Assembly (NCBI GenBank): GCA_020720105.1
Contig: DYPF01000004.1
Location: 7,707 to 45,056, forward strand
Length of the DNA stretch: 37,350 nucleotides
Source: Chloroherpeton thalassium
GTDB lineage: Bacteria; Bacteroidota; Ignavibacteria; Kapaibacteriales; UBA2268
Reading direction: 5' to 3'
Positions 1 through 9,871 of the stretch are shown here, piece by piece. The notes under the pieces are model-generated. The model had not been told where the DNA came from. It saw only the letters and a list, made by a program, of their open reading frames with translations, and made no database searches. Position 1 is the stretch's first letter. The number at the start of each line of letters is the position of its first letter. Made by a program: the position numbers and the translations under genes.

Positions 1-18
1 ATTGAAGAAAATGATTAA
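1..18 (+). CDS. Possible 3' end of an upstream gene (…IEEND*), perhaps an ECF sigma factor
   Basis: Frame 1 reads att gaa gaa aat gat taa and overlaps the ATG at 11. Identity is inferred only from the anti-sigma-like downstream gene. Confidence 0.3.
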   Translation: MEEND

Positions 19-1276
19 TAAAAACTTAAATACCGAAGATTTGATTGTTCGATTGTTCGACAAGGATATTCCCGCTGCCGAAATTTCAGAAATCAACAAT
101 ATTCTTGCCCAACGGCAAGATGCTTCGTTATTACTTGATGAATATTCTGAGCTAAACCGATCTATCCAATCAATTAGTTTACCTAAACTTGCCCCAGATG
201 CTTCGATTACAGATGAACTTATCGCTAAAATCAATAAATTATCCGAAAAACATTTTGCCATTCCTTTCTGGAATAGATTTAAATATGCAATTGTTGCACT
301 TCTTTTGCTAATTTCGTTCTCTACTTATTTTGCTTATAATTATTTACAAAATAAAAATTCAGTTAGTAACACTGCTCAATCAAACACGAAAATTGGAAAG
401 ATTAATAACCAATTTAGTACATCAGAACCAAATGAATCATTAGTAGAAAAATCACAAACGATTGAATTACAAAAGAGCAAATTACAAGCAAGCAATTTAA
501 ATAATTCACTTGATAATAAATCAATAAATGATGCTAATGTAAATACCTTTACAGATAAAGAAGTTGAAACAACCGAAAATCCAATTGCCAACATAAACAT
601 CATAACTTTCGATAACATAGCATATAACGATTATTTAATTGAACAAGGTGAATTACATATATTTACAAAATATATAGTTGAAACCCAAGATAAAATTTTA
701 GATTTCTCCAATTTTGCTAAAAATAGAATATTACCAATTTTTACAAAATCACTTGATCTTGCAAAAAGAACATTCACTCCTTCAAGATTGAAAACAAATA
801 ATGAATATTTGATTCAATATCGTAATATTTATGCCTTATCAAGTCCCGAAGCTAAGATGCAAGGCGCTGATTTCTACTATCAAAACTATAATTTTGCTCT
901 ATTCTTAAAGACTTATGATGGAATATATTTTGGTGCAGAATTAGGTTCGGAGCAATATTCACAGATATTTTTAGATGCATCTCTCGACTCCACATATCAA
1001 ACTTCGCCAAACGTCTTTTACTTTGGGCTTAATGGTAAGTTTGAATTAAATCAATTTGAATTTGCAAATTTAAAACCAGTTGTAAATTTATTTGCTGGGA
1101 GTAGTTCGTTAGGACCAATTACAAGAGCAAATTTAGTAGCACAATATGGTATTTTTGGGGATAGAGTAAGAATTTTTGCTGGATATGAAGCAGGATTATT
1201 ATTATACAAAAACCAAAATAAATGGTATAATACTACCAAAACTGGCATTATTGGTGGAATTAATATAAAACTCTAA
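11..1276 (+). CDS. Putative anti-sigma-like membrane protein with a C-terminal outer-membrane beta-barrel-like domain
   Basis: The N-terminal helical segment (EDLIVRLFDKDIPAAEISEINNIL…LLDEYSEL) resembles anti-sigma N-domains. It is followed by one TM helix (YAIVALLLLISFSTYFAY), an N/S/K-rich linker, and alternating aromatic/Gly beta strands ending GIIGGINIKL. ATG at 11 is preferred over TTG at 2. Confidence 0.55.
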   Translation: MINKNLNTEDLIVRLFDKDIPAAEISEINNILAQRQDASLLLDEYSELNRSIQSISLPKLAPDASITDELIAKINKLSEKHFAIPFWNRFKYAIVALLLLISFSTYFAYNYLQNKNSVSNTAQSNTKIGKINNQFSTSEPNESLVEKSQTIELQKSKLQASNLNNSLDNKSINDANVNTFTDKEVETTENPIANINIITFDNIAYNDYLIEQGELHIFTKYIVETQDKILDFSNFAKNRILPIFTKSLDLAKRTFTPSRLKTNNEYLIQYRNIYALSSPEAKMQGADFYYQNYNFALFLKTYDGIYFGAELGSEQYSQIFLDASLDSTYQTSPNVFYFGLNGKFELNQFEFANLKPVVNLFAGSSSLGPITRANLVAQYGIFGDRVRIFAGYEAGLLLYKNQNKWYNTTKTGIIGGINIKL

Positions 1277-1427
1277 ACTAATTTTAACTGAAAAAATCAA
1301 TTTTTATTAATTAATTTGTTAATATAAACTAACGAATATTAGTATATTGATATATTGTGTGAATAGAATTGATAATAATTTAATTTTATGTTTTCAGACA
1401 TTTTACTAATTCTAAGAACTATATTGA

Positions 1428-2417
1428 TTATTTCTTTTTACGAAGTTCTTTGAGTGCTTTAACCAAATTAAGCTCGTCCTCGGTAAGTTCATCAGGTAAT
1501 TTTGCTATTACTTTAATATATAAATCACCTTTTTCATTGGGCTTATTGTATTTAGGCATACCTTGGTTAGATAATTTCAATAATTTTCCGTTTTGAGAAG
1601 CAGGTGGTACATTGAATTTGATTGTTCCGCTAAAAGTTTTAATCTTAGCACTACCACCCAGAATTAGTGTAAACAAATCCAACCAAACTTCAACATATAA
1701 ATCATCACCTTTTCGCTCTAACTTTGTATGTTGTTTAATGCTAATTTTTACATTCAAATCTCCAGATGTACCTCCGTTTCTTCCAGTACTACCCATTCCT
1801 TGAAGTGTAATCACTTGTCCATCGGCAACACCTTGCTTTATTTGAACTTCTACTTTTTTATCGCCAGTTTGAATTTGTCGAACAGAACCACGAAAAGCTT
1901 CTTCTAATGTTATTACCAAGTTAGTGTCGAGGTTTTGTCCTGATTCTTGTTGCTTGTAATAACCCTGTTCTTGCGAAAATCCATGAGTTTCATTAGCAGC
2001 CCCACCGAATATTCTTTCGAAAAAGTCAGATACTCCACCGCCACGAGAGAAGAACTCGCGATAAGTATTATAATCACCTTTGGTGTAACTTCCTTTTGAA
2101 CCACTACTTTTTTGTCTGCCTCTTCCACTTTTTGGTTGTTGAAACCACTCATCCCAATTAAAATTATCACTTGTACCACCAGTTGATTGATGGCGATTCC
2201 AATTCATTCCTAAGTTATCGTACTTTCTTCGTTTGTCTGCATCACCAAGCACCTGATAAGCTTCATTAATTTCTTTGAATTTATCTTCGAATGCCTTGTC
2301 ATTTTTGTTTTTATCAGGATGGTATTTATTAGCTAATTTGCGGTAAGAACTTTTAATTTCACTTTCAGAAGCAGTTTTATTTATTTCTAATATTTTGTAA
2401 TAATCTTTATAATCCAT
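1428..2417 (-). CDS. DnaJ-class (type II, CbpA-like) co-chaperone
   Basis: J domain (DYYKILE…KYHPDKN…FKEINEAY), G/F-rich region, DnaJ C-terminal domain (GDLYV…GDLYI), no CxxCxGxG zinc finger. Confidence 0.93.
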   Translation of the reverse strand: MDYKDYYKILEINKTASESEIKSSYRKLANKYHPDKNKNDKAFEDKFKEINEAYQVLGDADKRRKYDNLGMNWNRHQSTGGTSDNFNWDEWFQQPKSGRGRQKSSGSKGSYTKGDYNTYREFFSRGGGVSDFFERIFGGAANETHGFSQEQGYYKQQESGQNLDTNLVITLEEAFRGSVRQIQTGDKKVEVQIKQGVADGQVITLQGMGSTGRNGGTSGDLNVKISIKQHTKLERKGDDLYVEVWLDLFTLILGGSAKIKTFSGTIKFNVPPASQNGKLLKLSNQGMPKYNKPNEKGDLYIKVIAKLPDELTEDELNLVKALKELRKKK

Positions 2418-2589
2418 TTTTATTCCTGATTAATCTTGAAAAAGTAAATTTTGAATATTTCATCTTTTGAATTATATTTTACTTTTACCAATATATTTTG
2501 TTAAAGATATTAACGAATAATTACACCAAATTAATATATCAATTTGAAATTACTTTCACGAAATCCTTAATTTAATTATTAATTATTGC

Positions 2590-2597
2590 TAATTTTG
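2590..2597 (+). promoter_or_regulatory. Candidate Bacteroidota-type -7 promoter element (TAATTTTG)
   Basis: Matches TAnnTTTG about 35 nt upstream of the ManC-like ATG. The AT-rich background makes chance matches possible. Confidence 0.4.
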
Positions 2598-2631
2598 TGT
2601 TTATTATACAACAAAAAGTGTTTTATTCAAT

Positions 2632-3726
2632 ATGAATCAAAATATTGCTGTAATTATGGCTGGCGGTACGAACGATCCATTCTGGCCCCTCACAAATGAA
2701 TACAATCCAAAGCAATTTGTAAATCTTTTGGGAGAAGGATCGCCACTTCAAATAACTTATAATAGATTATTGAAACTTTTTAGCAAGGAAGATATTTTTG
2801 TTGTAACCCAGGCATCTTTTTTTGGGAAGGTAATTCAGCAACTACCTGGCATCGATATTAGTAATTTAATCTTAGAGCCTTATTCACGTCACACAACTGC
2901 AGCAATAACATATACTTACACACAGTTAAAGCAAAAATTTGCAGAAGATGACTTTTTATACTTTTTTCCTTCTGATCATATCATTCACGATATAGAAAAA
3001 TTCAAGACAAGCTTAGAAATTGCACAAATAGCCGCTGCAGAACTTGCATCTATTGTCACTCTGGGCATTCAACCAAATAGTCCTATCACTCATTATGGAT
3101 ATATTCAATACGATAATGGCAGATTCCCTAATTATGAATTATATGAACGTGGAGTTAGATGGGTGAGAACTTTTGCAGAAAAGCCCGATGCCAAAACTGC
3201 TCAAAGATTTATTGATGCTGGTGATTTTGTTTGGAATAGCGGAATTGTTATCTTCCAAATTAGTACTTTCGAGGATGTTTTAATTCATTGTCTGCCCGAT
3301 TATTATTCTGCTTTTAAGCGCATCGAAAATGCTTTCAATAAACCAGATTTTGCAGACGAATTAGATTTCTCTTATAAATCAATCAATCCTATTTCGTTTG
3401 ATACTGGAATTTTAGAGAAGTCCAAGAAAGTATTTACTGTGATTTCTGACTTCGATTGGGTAGATTTAGATAATTGGGATGATTATTATCGACTCACCAA
3501 AAAGGATAAGTCAAATAATGTAGCTAATAAGAAAGACATCCAAATCAATACTTCGAATTCGCTGATTTATAATAATAATTCTTCTAAGGAGAAAGTAATT
3601 GCAACCATAGATTTAAATGACATTGTAATTATCAACACTGATGATGGAATACTGGTTTCCCCTAGAAGTAGCCTACATAAAATAAAGAATATTGTTAATC
3701 ATCAAAAAATAAATACCAATAAATAA
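2632..3726 (+). CDS. manC: Mannose-1-phosphate guanylyltransferase-like protein with a divergent nucleotide-binding loop
   Basis: IMAGG…FWPL…PKQF, PSDH, YGYI, FAEKP and WNSG motifs, with a C-terminal beta-helix region. The canonical GxGxR is replaced by GTNDP. Confidence 0.75.
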   Translation: MNQNIAVIMAGGTNDPFWPLTNEYNPKQFVNLLGEGSPLQITYNRLLKLFSKEDIFVVTQASFFGKVIQQLPGIDISNLILEPYSRHTTAAITYTYTQLKQKFAEDDFLYFFPSDHIIHDIEKFKTSLEIAQIAAAELASIVTLGIQPNSPITHYGYIQYDNGRFPNYELYERGVRWVRTFAEKPDAKTAQRFIDAGDFVWNSGIVIFQISTFEDVLIHCLPDYYSAFKRIENAFNKPDFADELDFSYKSINPISFDTGILEKSKKVFTVISDFDWVDLDNWDDYYRLTKKDKSNNVANKKDIQINTSNSLIYNNNSSKEKVIATIDLNDIVIINTDDGILVSPRSSLHKIKNIVNHQKINTNK

Positions 3727-3751
3727 ATTTAAAAAAACAATAAAACGACTT

Positions 3752-4303
3752 ATGAAATTAGTTGATGTATATTTTGGTGCAATTAAGTTATTTAAATTAG
3801 AGCAATTGAACGATAATCGCGGTTCTTTTGTAGAAACATTCCGTACAGATGAACTAAAGCATTTTGGAATTGACTCTCCGTTTGTACAAGAGAACCAATC
3901 AATTTCGCAAAAAAATGTTTTGAGAGGACTTCACTTTCAGTATGCTTTACCTCAAGGTAAACTTATTCGCGTTATAAATGGAGCAGCTAAATTTATCGAA
4001 GTTGATATACGATGTTATTCCAAAAACTTTGGTAAATATCACGAGTTTTTATTAAAAGCAGAAGATAATTTGATGTTGTGGGTACCATTTGGATTTGCTA
4101 ATGGGTTTTTATCGTTAGCAGATAATACTATCGTACAATACAAAGTAGATAATTATTGGAGTAAGGATGGAGAAGGTAGTATTTTATGGAATGACGAAGA
4201 ATTAGAGATAAATTGGGGCATTCCAAATCCTATAGTTTCACAGAAAGATGCAAATGCAATGTTGTTTTCCGATTTTTCAATAAAGTTTTATGGCAAAATT
4301 TAA
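3752..4303 (+). CDS. rfbC: dTDP-4-dehydrorhamnose 3,5-epimerase
   Basis: DNRGSFVE, FVQENQSIS, VLRGLHFQ, QGKLIRV, VQYKV and SQKD motifs. Confidence 0.92.
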   Translation: MKLVDVYFGAIKLFKLEQLNDNRGSFVETFRTDELKHFGIDSPFVQENQSISQKNVLRGLHFQYALPQGKLIRVINGAAKFIEVDIRCYSKNFGKYHEFLLKAEDNLMLWVPFGFANGFLSLADNTIVQYKVDNYWSKDGEGSILWNDEELEINWGIPNPIVSQKDANAMLFSDFSIKFYGKI

Positions 4304-5336
4304 ACTATTTACTAAAGATAGCTATACTAAATATATATTATTATTCGTACTTACATTTATTACTTGTACAATGGCAGGAGTACAATGGTCTGGAAAAGAA
4401 TATTTAGATATTAATAATTGGCATATTGGGCTTACCTATTCGATATTAATTTTAACTTTTCTTGGTGTGCATGAGTTTGGACATTATTTCGCTGCAAAGT
4501 ATCATAATGTCCATACATCTCTCCCATATTTTATTCCTTTTCCTGTACCTTTCTTTTTCATTAATTTTGGTACTTTTGGAGCAATAATTCGAATGCGTCA
4601 AGCAATTCCATCACGAAAAGCTTTGTTTGATATTGGAATAGCTGGTCCTATAGCGGGCTATTTAGTTAGTATAATAATACTTATTATTGGGCTTATTAAT
4701 TTGCCAACAAAAGAAATGATTCTCGAAATTCATCCTGAATATATTTTGAATTACAGCGGAACTATTCCAAGTATTGGATTCCATTATGGCGATACAATGC
4801 TTTATTCCTTTTTACAATATATTTTAGTTCCTACAGGCAAATTTATGCCACCGATGAACGAAATATATCATTTCCCTTTTTTAAACGTAGGTTGGTTCGG
4901 ATTATTTGTAACTACTATGAATTTATTGCCAATAGGTCAATTTGATGGAGGTCATATTTTTTATGCGATGTTTGGCAAAAAAGCGCAACTCGTAATTGCA
5001 AAAGTATCCTTTTGGTTTCTTGCCATCATCGGATTATTCGGTACTTTTAACGATATTTATGTATTTCTACAAGATGACTACGGATTTAAAATTATCTCTT
5101 GGCTTCAGAATTTGATTAATACAAATCTTGCTTACTTATATGAACATATACCAATATTAAGACAATTTTGGTCGGGCTGGCTTTTGTGGGCTTTGATTGG
5201 GCGGTTTGCGATTAAATTGCAACATCCGCCCACTCAAGACGAAACTCCTATCAACCGTAAAAGAATGATTTTAGGATGGTTAGCTGTGATTATGCTCATT
5301 TCCAGCTTTTCATTTAATGCAATTTACTTCCTCTAA
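4290..5336 (+). CDS. Site-2 protease (M50 family intramembrane zinc metalloprotease)
   Basis: HEFGH, GTFGA, IAGP and NLLPIGQFDGG motifs; multiple TM segments; overlaps rfbC by 14 bp. Confidence 0.92.
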   Translation: MAKFKLFTKDSYTKYILLFVLTFITCTMAGVQWSGKEYLDINNWHIGLTYSILILTFLGVHEFGHYFAAKYHNVHTSLPYFIPFPVPFFFINFGTFGAIIRMRQAIPSRKALFDIGIAGPIAGYLVSIIILIIGLINLPTKEMILEIHPEYILNYSGTIPSIGFHYGDTMLYSFLQYILVPTGKFMPPMNEIYHFPFLNVGWFGLFVTTMNLLPIGQFDGGHIFYAMFGKKAQLVIAKVSFWFLAIIGLFGTFNDIYVFLQDDYGFKIISWLQNLINTNLAYLYEHIPILRQFWSGWLLWALIGRFAIKLQHPPTQDETPINRKRMILGWLAVIMLISSFSFNAIYFL

Positions 5337-5351
5337 AAATCCTGTATAGTT

Positions 5352-6326
5352 TTATTTTACTCTTATTGCAAATTCAAGAGTTAGTTTGTCTTCACCTGAA
5401 GGTATGCCACTTTTATAAAAGTATTTTTCATAGTCCAATCTAAAGTATGAAGGTAATGTTCCTGGTATATTAAATGTTACGCCTGCAGTAAATCTTCGTG
5501 GCGACTCCTTGTCGATGTCAGGATCTTTGTTATACATTTCCCAGCGGATAGCTGGCGTTATTTTGCTGAAATATTTAGTGTTTGGATAGAAATGAAAACC
5601 CAAAACAGAATAAAATCCAAAATAGGAAACATTGTCTTCTGTGTAATCCTTTTGTGCAATTTCTGAATCAAAATGAACATATTTATTGTTATATTCAATC
5701 GAAGCATTACTCATTTCAACTTCTCCGCTGGTAAGATTCCCTTTTAAACCCGATAGTGAAAATCTCAAACCTTTGGTTGGGAAAAAGTCAATACGAGACG
5801 AATATGATTTTTTATTGTCAGTTTCTAATGTATTAATTCCGTTGCCATTGTATGCACCAATAAATATATGCATAGGAATTAGTGCGGTAAATTTGTAGTC
5901 TAACATCGCTCCAATATCCCTTAAACCCTTACACATTCGCTTATTGATAAAATTACGATTGGCAAAATCAAAATCAAAAGGATTCTTCTGATATTCGTAC
6001 GAAAAAGATTGTTTGAATTGTCCTAATGAAAACGTGAGATTATCTATCGGTTTATATTCGATTTTGGCATCAAGCATATCAATTTCATCTTCATCTTGCC
6101 AATCAATTTCAGCTTTGTAGCTAATAAACTCATTAATTTTCCCTTTTACAGCAAATCTTGCATTTCTTACATAGAACAATAACCTCTCATCGTTTAAGTT
6201 TTGCTCGCCTTTGGTTCGCAACATTAAATTGATATTTGGAGCATATTCATTTGCTTTATCTTCCGAATGTAATATTGAGCTAAGAATTACTAATAAAATG
6301 ACTGAGTAAAGTATAATTGTTTTCAT
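5352..6326 (-). CDS. Outer-membrane porin (OprO/OprP phosphate-selective-porin-like)
   Basis: Signal peptide from ATG at 6326 (MKTIILYSVILLVILSS). VRNARFAVKG, LDAKIEY, LGQFKQSF, RDIG and YNGNG motifs are typical of this porin group. Confidence 0.75.
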   Translation of the reverse strand: MKTIILYSVILLVILSSILHSEDKANEYAPNINLMLRTKGEQNLNDERLLFYVRNARFAVKGKINEFISYKAEIDWQDEDEIDMLDAKIEYKPIDNLTFSLGQFKQSFSYEYQKNPFDFDFANRNFINKRMCKGLRDIGAMLDYKFTALIPMHIFIGAYNGNGINTLETDNKKSYSSRIDFFPTKGLRFSLSGLKGNLTSGEVEMSNASIEYNNKYVHFDSEIAQKDYTEDNVSYFGFYSVLGFHFYPNTKYFSKITPAIRWEMYNKDPDIDKESPRRFTAGVTFNIPGTLPSYFRLDYEKYFYKSGIPSGEDKLTLEFAIRVK

Positions 6327-6360
6327 AAATTGATAATTTTGTTTAGAAAAAATCAAAATT

Positions 6361-6400
6361 ATAAAAATAGTGTTAAGAAATAGTTAATTTCTTAACACTA
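6361..6400 (-). terminator. Intrinsic terminator downstream of atpG
   Basis: Perfect 14-bp stem tagtgttaagaaat/atttcttaacacta (6368-6400) with a 5-nt loop, followed on the minus strand by a T-rich tract. Confidence 0.7.
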
Positions 6401-6436
6401 AATAAATATAGTCTTAACTATAATCTGAAATTTCTT

Positions 6437-7333
6437 TTAATTAGTACCTTTCAAAGCATTGGCTCCAGAAACAATTTCGATAATTTCGCGTGTGATATTA
6501 GCTTGACGAACTTTATTATAAACCAAGTTAAGATTCTTGATTAAGTCGTTTGCATTAGAAGTAGCATTATCCATAGCAACACGGCGAGATGCTTGTTCTG
6601 CAGTATTCGACTCAAGGATAGCAGCCCACATTTTGGAATCAATTAACTGAGGAATCAATTCATCTAAAATAGCAGTTTTATCAGGCTCGTAAATGTAGCT
6701 AAAATTAAATTTTGCAGATTCCTTTTCCTCTTTATTGCCAGTTGGCAAAGGTAATAGTTGCATTTGTGAGGGAATTTGCTTGATAATATTGATAAATCTT
6801 ACATACTGCACTAATACCAAATCAAATTCTGAATTAAGGAATTTAATTTTTATGTCGTCAATTATATCTTTAACTTTCGTAAAGTCGGCATTATCGGCAA
6901 TATTTGAATATTGCTTGATTATCGGAAATTTTAATTTATTAAAAAATGATATTGCTTTTTTACCAATAGGTAAAACACTAATTTTTGCATTAGGATATTT
7001 ATGTGGAATAGCATTATTAATTGCAATTGAAGTATCTTTAAATAAGTTAGTATTGAAACTTCCGCACATTCCTCTATCCGAAGAGATAACAATAACCGCA
7101 ATATTTTTTATTTCGTTTGGTTGTTTAATCAATGGATTGTTGTAATCGCCTTCCAATGAGGAAATAATCTTAGAAATACTTGATTCTAATTTGATAAAGT
7201 AAGGGCGAGCGCTTTCCACTTGGTTTTGAGCTTTTCTCAATTTGGCAGTTGCCACCATTTTCATAGCTTGAGTAATTTTCTCAATGCTAATAATCGAGCC
7301 GATACGAGTCTTAATGTCCCTTAATGTTGCCAT
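6437..7333 (-). CDS. atpG: F0F1 ATP synthase gamma subunit
   Basis: KITQAMKMVA, SDRGMCGSFN, EQASRRVAMDNAT and YNKVRQANITREIIEIVSGA. Confidence 0.98.
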   Translation of the reverse strand: MATLRDIKTRIGSIISIEKITQAMKMVATAKLRKAQNQVESARPYFIKLESSISKIISSLEGDYNNPLIKQPNEIKNIAVIVISSDRGMCGSFNTNLFKDTSIAINNAIPHKYPNAKISVLPIGKKAISFFNKLKFPIIKQYSNIADNADFTKVKDIIDDIKIKFLNSEFDLVLVQYVRFINIIKQIPSQMQLLPLPTGNKEEKESAKFNFSYIYEPDKTAILDELIPQLIDSKMWAAILESNTAEQASRRVAMDNATSNANDLIKNLNLVYNKVRQANITREIIEIVSGANALKGTN

Positions 7334-7347
7334 CGTTCACCTTGCAA

Positions 7348-8307
7348 TTATAAATAGGGTTGATTGATATTTAAGTAATTGTTAATATATTTTTTAATAC
7401 TTTGTTCGAAAGTTAAAAAGTCGTATTTAATTCCAGACTCAAAAAGTTTGGAAATGTCTGCTTTTGTACTGTATTGATATTGATTTTTAATTTGTTCGGG
7501 CATATCAACATATTCAATATTTACGGGCTTCTGTAATGTGTTAAACACGTGCTCTGCTAATGAGTTCCAAGTATTCGTTGTGCCTGTTCCGATATTAAAT
7601 ATACCTTTTATGCGTTTTTCGAATAATTGCCAAGTTAAATTTACTGCATCATCAATATATACAAAGTCGCGGAGTTGTTCGCCATCTTCAAAATCATCAT
7701 TGTAAGATCTAAACAATTTTACCCTACCTGAATTTTTTACTTGATTGAAAGCTTTATAAACCATCGAAGCCATCTCGTTCTTGTGGTATTCGTTTGGTCC
7801 GAACACATTGAAAAACTTGAGTCCTATAAAAAGTTCATCGTAACCTTTCTCGATAACCCACAAATCAAATAAGTGTTTAGAAAATCCATAAGCATTCAAT
7901 GGACGCAAATCATAGTAAACGTTATCGCTATATCCTTGGTCGCCATTGCCATAAGTTGCTGCACTACTTGCATAAATAAATGGAATATTATTATCGATTG
8001 CTTTTTTAGCTAATTTTTTGCTATATTCCAAATTATTACTGAACAAATAATCAATATTCTGTTCGGAAGTAGAAGAACAAGCTCCAAAATGGAAAATTGC
8101 TTCGGTATTACTGAAATTTAACTTATCTAAATTTTTTAAAAATTCAGTTTTATTGATATAATATTTAAAACGTTTGCCAACCAAATTTTTCCACTTGGAA
8201 GTATTGGATAAATTATCAACAATAATTACATCGTTGTATCCTTTTTGGTTGAGCAATTTTAAAAAATTGGAGCCGATAAAACCGGCTCCGCCTGTTAGAA
8301 TTATCAT
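7348..8307 (-). CDS. hldD: ADP-L-glycero-D-manno-heptose-6-epimerase
   Basis: TGGAGFIGS, HFGACSSTSE, YASSAATYG, YGFSK (YxxxK), FFNVFGPNEYHK…MAS and RDFVY, the RfaD/GmhD signature set. Confidence 0.92.
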   Translation of the reverse strand: MIILTGGAGFIGSNFLKLLNQKGYNDVIIVDNLSNTSKWKNLVGKRFKYYINKTEFLKNLDKLNFSNTEAIFHFGACSSTSEQNIDYLFSNNLEYSKKLAKKAIDNNIPFIYASSAATYGNGDQGYSDNVYYDLRPLNAYGFSKHLFDLWVIEKGYDELFIGLKFFNVFGPNEYHKNEMASMVYKAFNQVKNSGRVKLFRSYNDDFEDGEQLRDFVYIDDAVNLTWQLFEKRIKGIFNIGTGTTNTWNSLAEHVFNTLQKPVNIEYVDMPEQIKNQYQYSTKADISKLFESGIKYDFLTFEQSIKKYINNYLNINQPYL

Positions 8308-8308
8308 A

Positions 8309-9859
8309 TTATAATGATTGTTTAAATATTACGGAGAATTCATCACAAATTTGATGTAATTCACCTTCAATTTCTTTGTTTAATTCTTTAATTTCAATAA
8401 TCTTATTTAAAGTAGAAAGTTTCTGATTCTTAGTGAATTCTAATAATTCTCTTTCGAATCTACGAACTTGCTTAATTGGCAATACATCCATATAGCCATT
8501 TGTCGCTGCAAATAACACAACAATTTGCTCTTGAACTGTAATTGGTACAAGCACTGGTTGTTTTAATATTTCAGTGATAACATAGCCACGAGTTAATTTC
8601 TGTTGAGTGGATTTATCCAAATCTGAACCGAATTTAGCAAATGATTCCAATTCACGGAACATAGCGTGCTCTAACTTTAATTTACCAGCGATTTTCTTCA
8701 TTATCTTAATCTGTGCATTACCACCAACGCGGGATACCGAGATACCAACGTTCATAGCTGGACGAATACCAGCATTGAATAAGTTTGGCTCCAAATATAT
8801 CTGTCCATCTGTGATAGAAATAACATTGGTTGGGATATATGCAGAAACGTCACCTGCTTGTGTTTCGATTACTGGCAATGCAGTTAATGAACCGCCACCT
8901 AATTCTTTTGCCATTTTTGCAGCTCTTTCAAGCAATCTGCTATGTAAATAGAAGATGTCGCCTGGATATGCCTCGCGTCCAGGAGGACGACGTAAAAGCA
9001 ATGAAACTTGACGGTAAGCAGCCGCGTGTTTTGATAAATCATCATAAACGATTAGTGCATGCATTCCATTATCGCGGAAAAATTCACCCATCGAAGCGCC
9101 ACAATATGGTGCTAAAAATTGTAATGGTGCTGGGTCGGCAGCATTGGCTGCAACAACTGTTGTGTATTCCATTGCTCCATATTCTTCTAAAGTTGCAACT
9201 AATTGAGCAACTGTGGAAGCCTTTTGACCAACTGCAACGTAAATACAATAAACTGGTTCGATCCCTACTGCTTTTGCTTCTTCTGTATGTGTATATTTTT
9301 GGTTGATTATTGCGTCTATTGCAACTGATGTTTTACCAGTTTGACGGTCACCGATTATCAATTCTCTTTGTCCGCGTCCGATTGGGATCATAGCATCTAC
9401 TGATTTAATACCAGTTTGCAAAGGTTGAGTAACAGGTTGACGTTCAATAACGCTTGGAGCTTTTCTTTCGATTGCATAATATTCTTTGATGTCTATTGCA
9501 CCCTTGCCATCAATTGGCTCGCCTAATGGATTAACCACTCTGCCTAATAAATCTCTACCAACTGGAACAGAAGCAATGCGACCAGTTCTTTTTACTGTGT
9601 CGCCTTCTTTTACTAATTTGTCTTCACCAAAAAGAATTACACCCACATTGTCTTCTTCTAAGTTTAAGGTCATACCCATAACATTGTTTGGGAATTCCAC
9701 TAATTCGGATGCCATTACTTTTTCGAGACCATAGATATGGGCAACGCCATCACCAACTTGTAATACGGTGCCAACTTCGTAAATGTCAGCTTCGTTTTCG
9801 TAGCCAGTGAGTTGTTTCCTTAAAATTGATGAAATCTCTTCAGGTTTTAACTCATACAT
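8309..9859 (-). CDS. atpA: F0F1 ATP synthase alpha subunit
   Basis: GDRQTGKT Walker [13 protein letters not shown] and [14 protein letters not shown]-like AAGGA upstream. Confidence 0.99.
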   Translation of the reverse strand: MYELKPEEISSILRKQLTGYENEADIYEVGTVLQVGDGVAHIYGLEKVMASELVEFPNNVMGMTLNLEEDNVGVILFGEDKLVKEGDTVKRTGRIASVPVGRDLLGRVVNPLGEPIDGKGAIDIKEYYAIERKAPSVIERQPVTQPLQTGIKSVDAMIPIGRGQRELIIGDRQTGKTSVAIDAIINQKYTHTEEAKAVGIEPVYCIYVAVGQKASTVAQLVATLEEYGAMEYTTVVAANAADPAPLQFLAPYCGASMGEFFRDNGMHALIVYDDLSKHAAAYRQVSLLLRRPPGREAYPGDIFYLHSRLLERAAKMAKELGGGSLTALPVIETQAGDVSAYIPTNVISITDGQIYLEPNLFNAGIRPAMNVGISVSRVGGNAQIKIMKKIAGKLKLEHAMFRELESFAKFGSDLDKSTQQKLTRGYVITEILKQPVLVPITVQEQIVVLFAATNGYMDVLPIKQVRRFERELLEFTKNQKLSTLNKIIEIKELNKEIEGELHQICDEFSVIFKQSL

Positions 9860-9871
9860 ATATATTTTCCT

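Noticed and set aside
4090-4107. RmlC GFANGF instead of GFAHGF
   Set aside because: The catalytic His, Lys, Tyr and Asp motifs are present; one substitution is insufficient to claim altered function.
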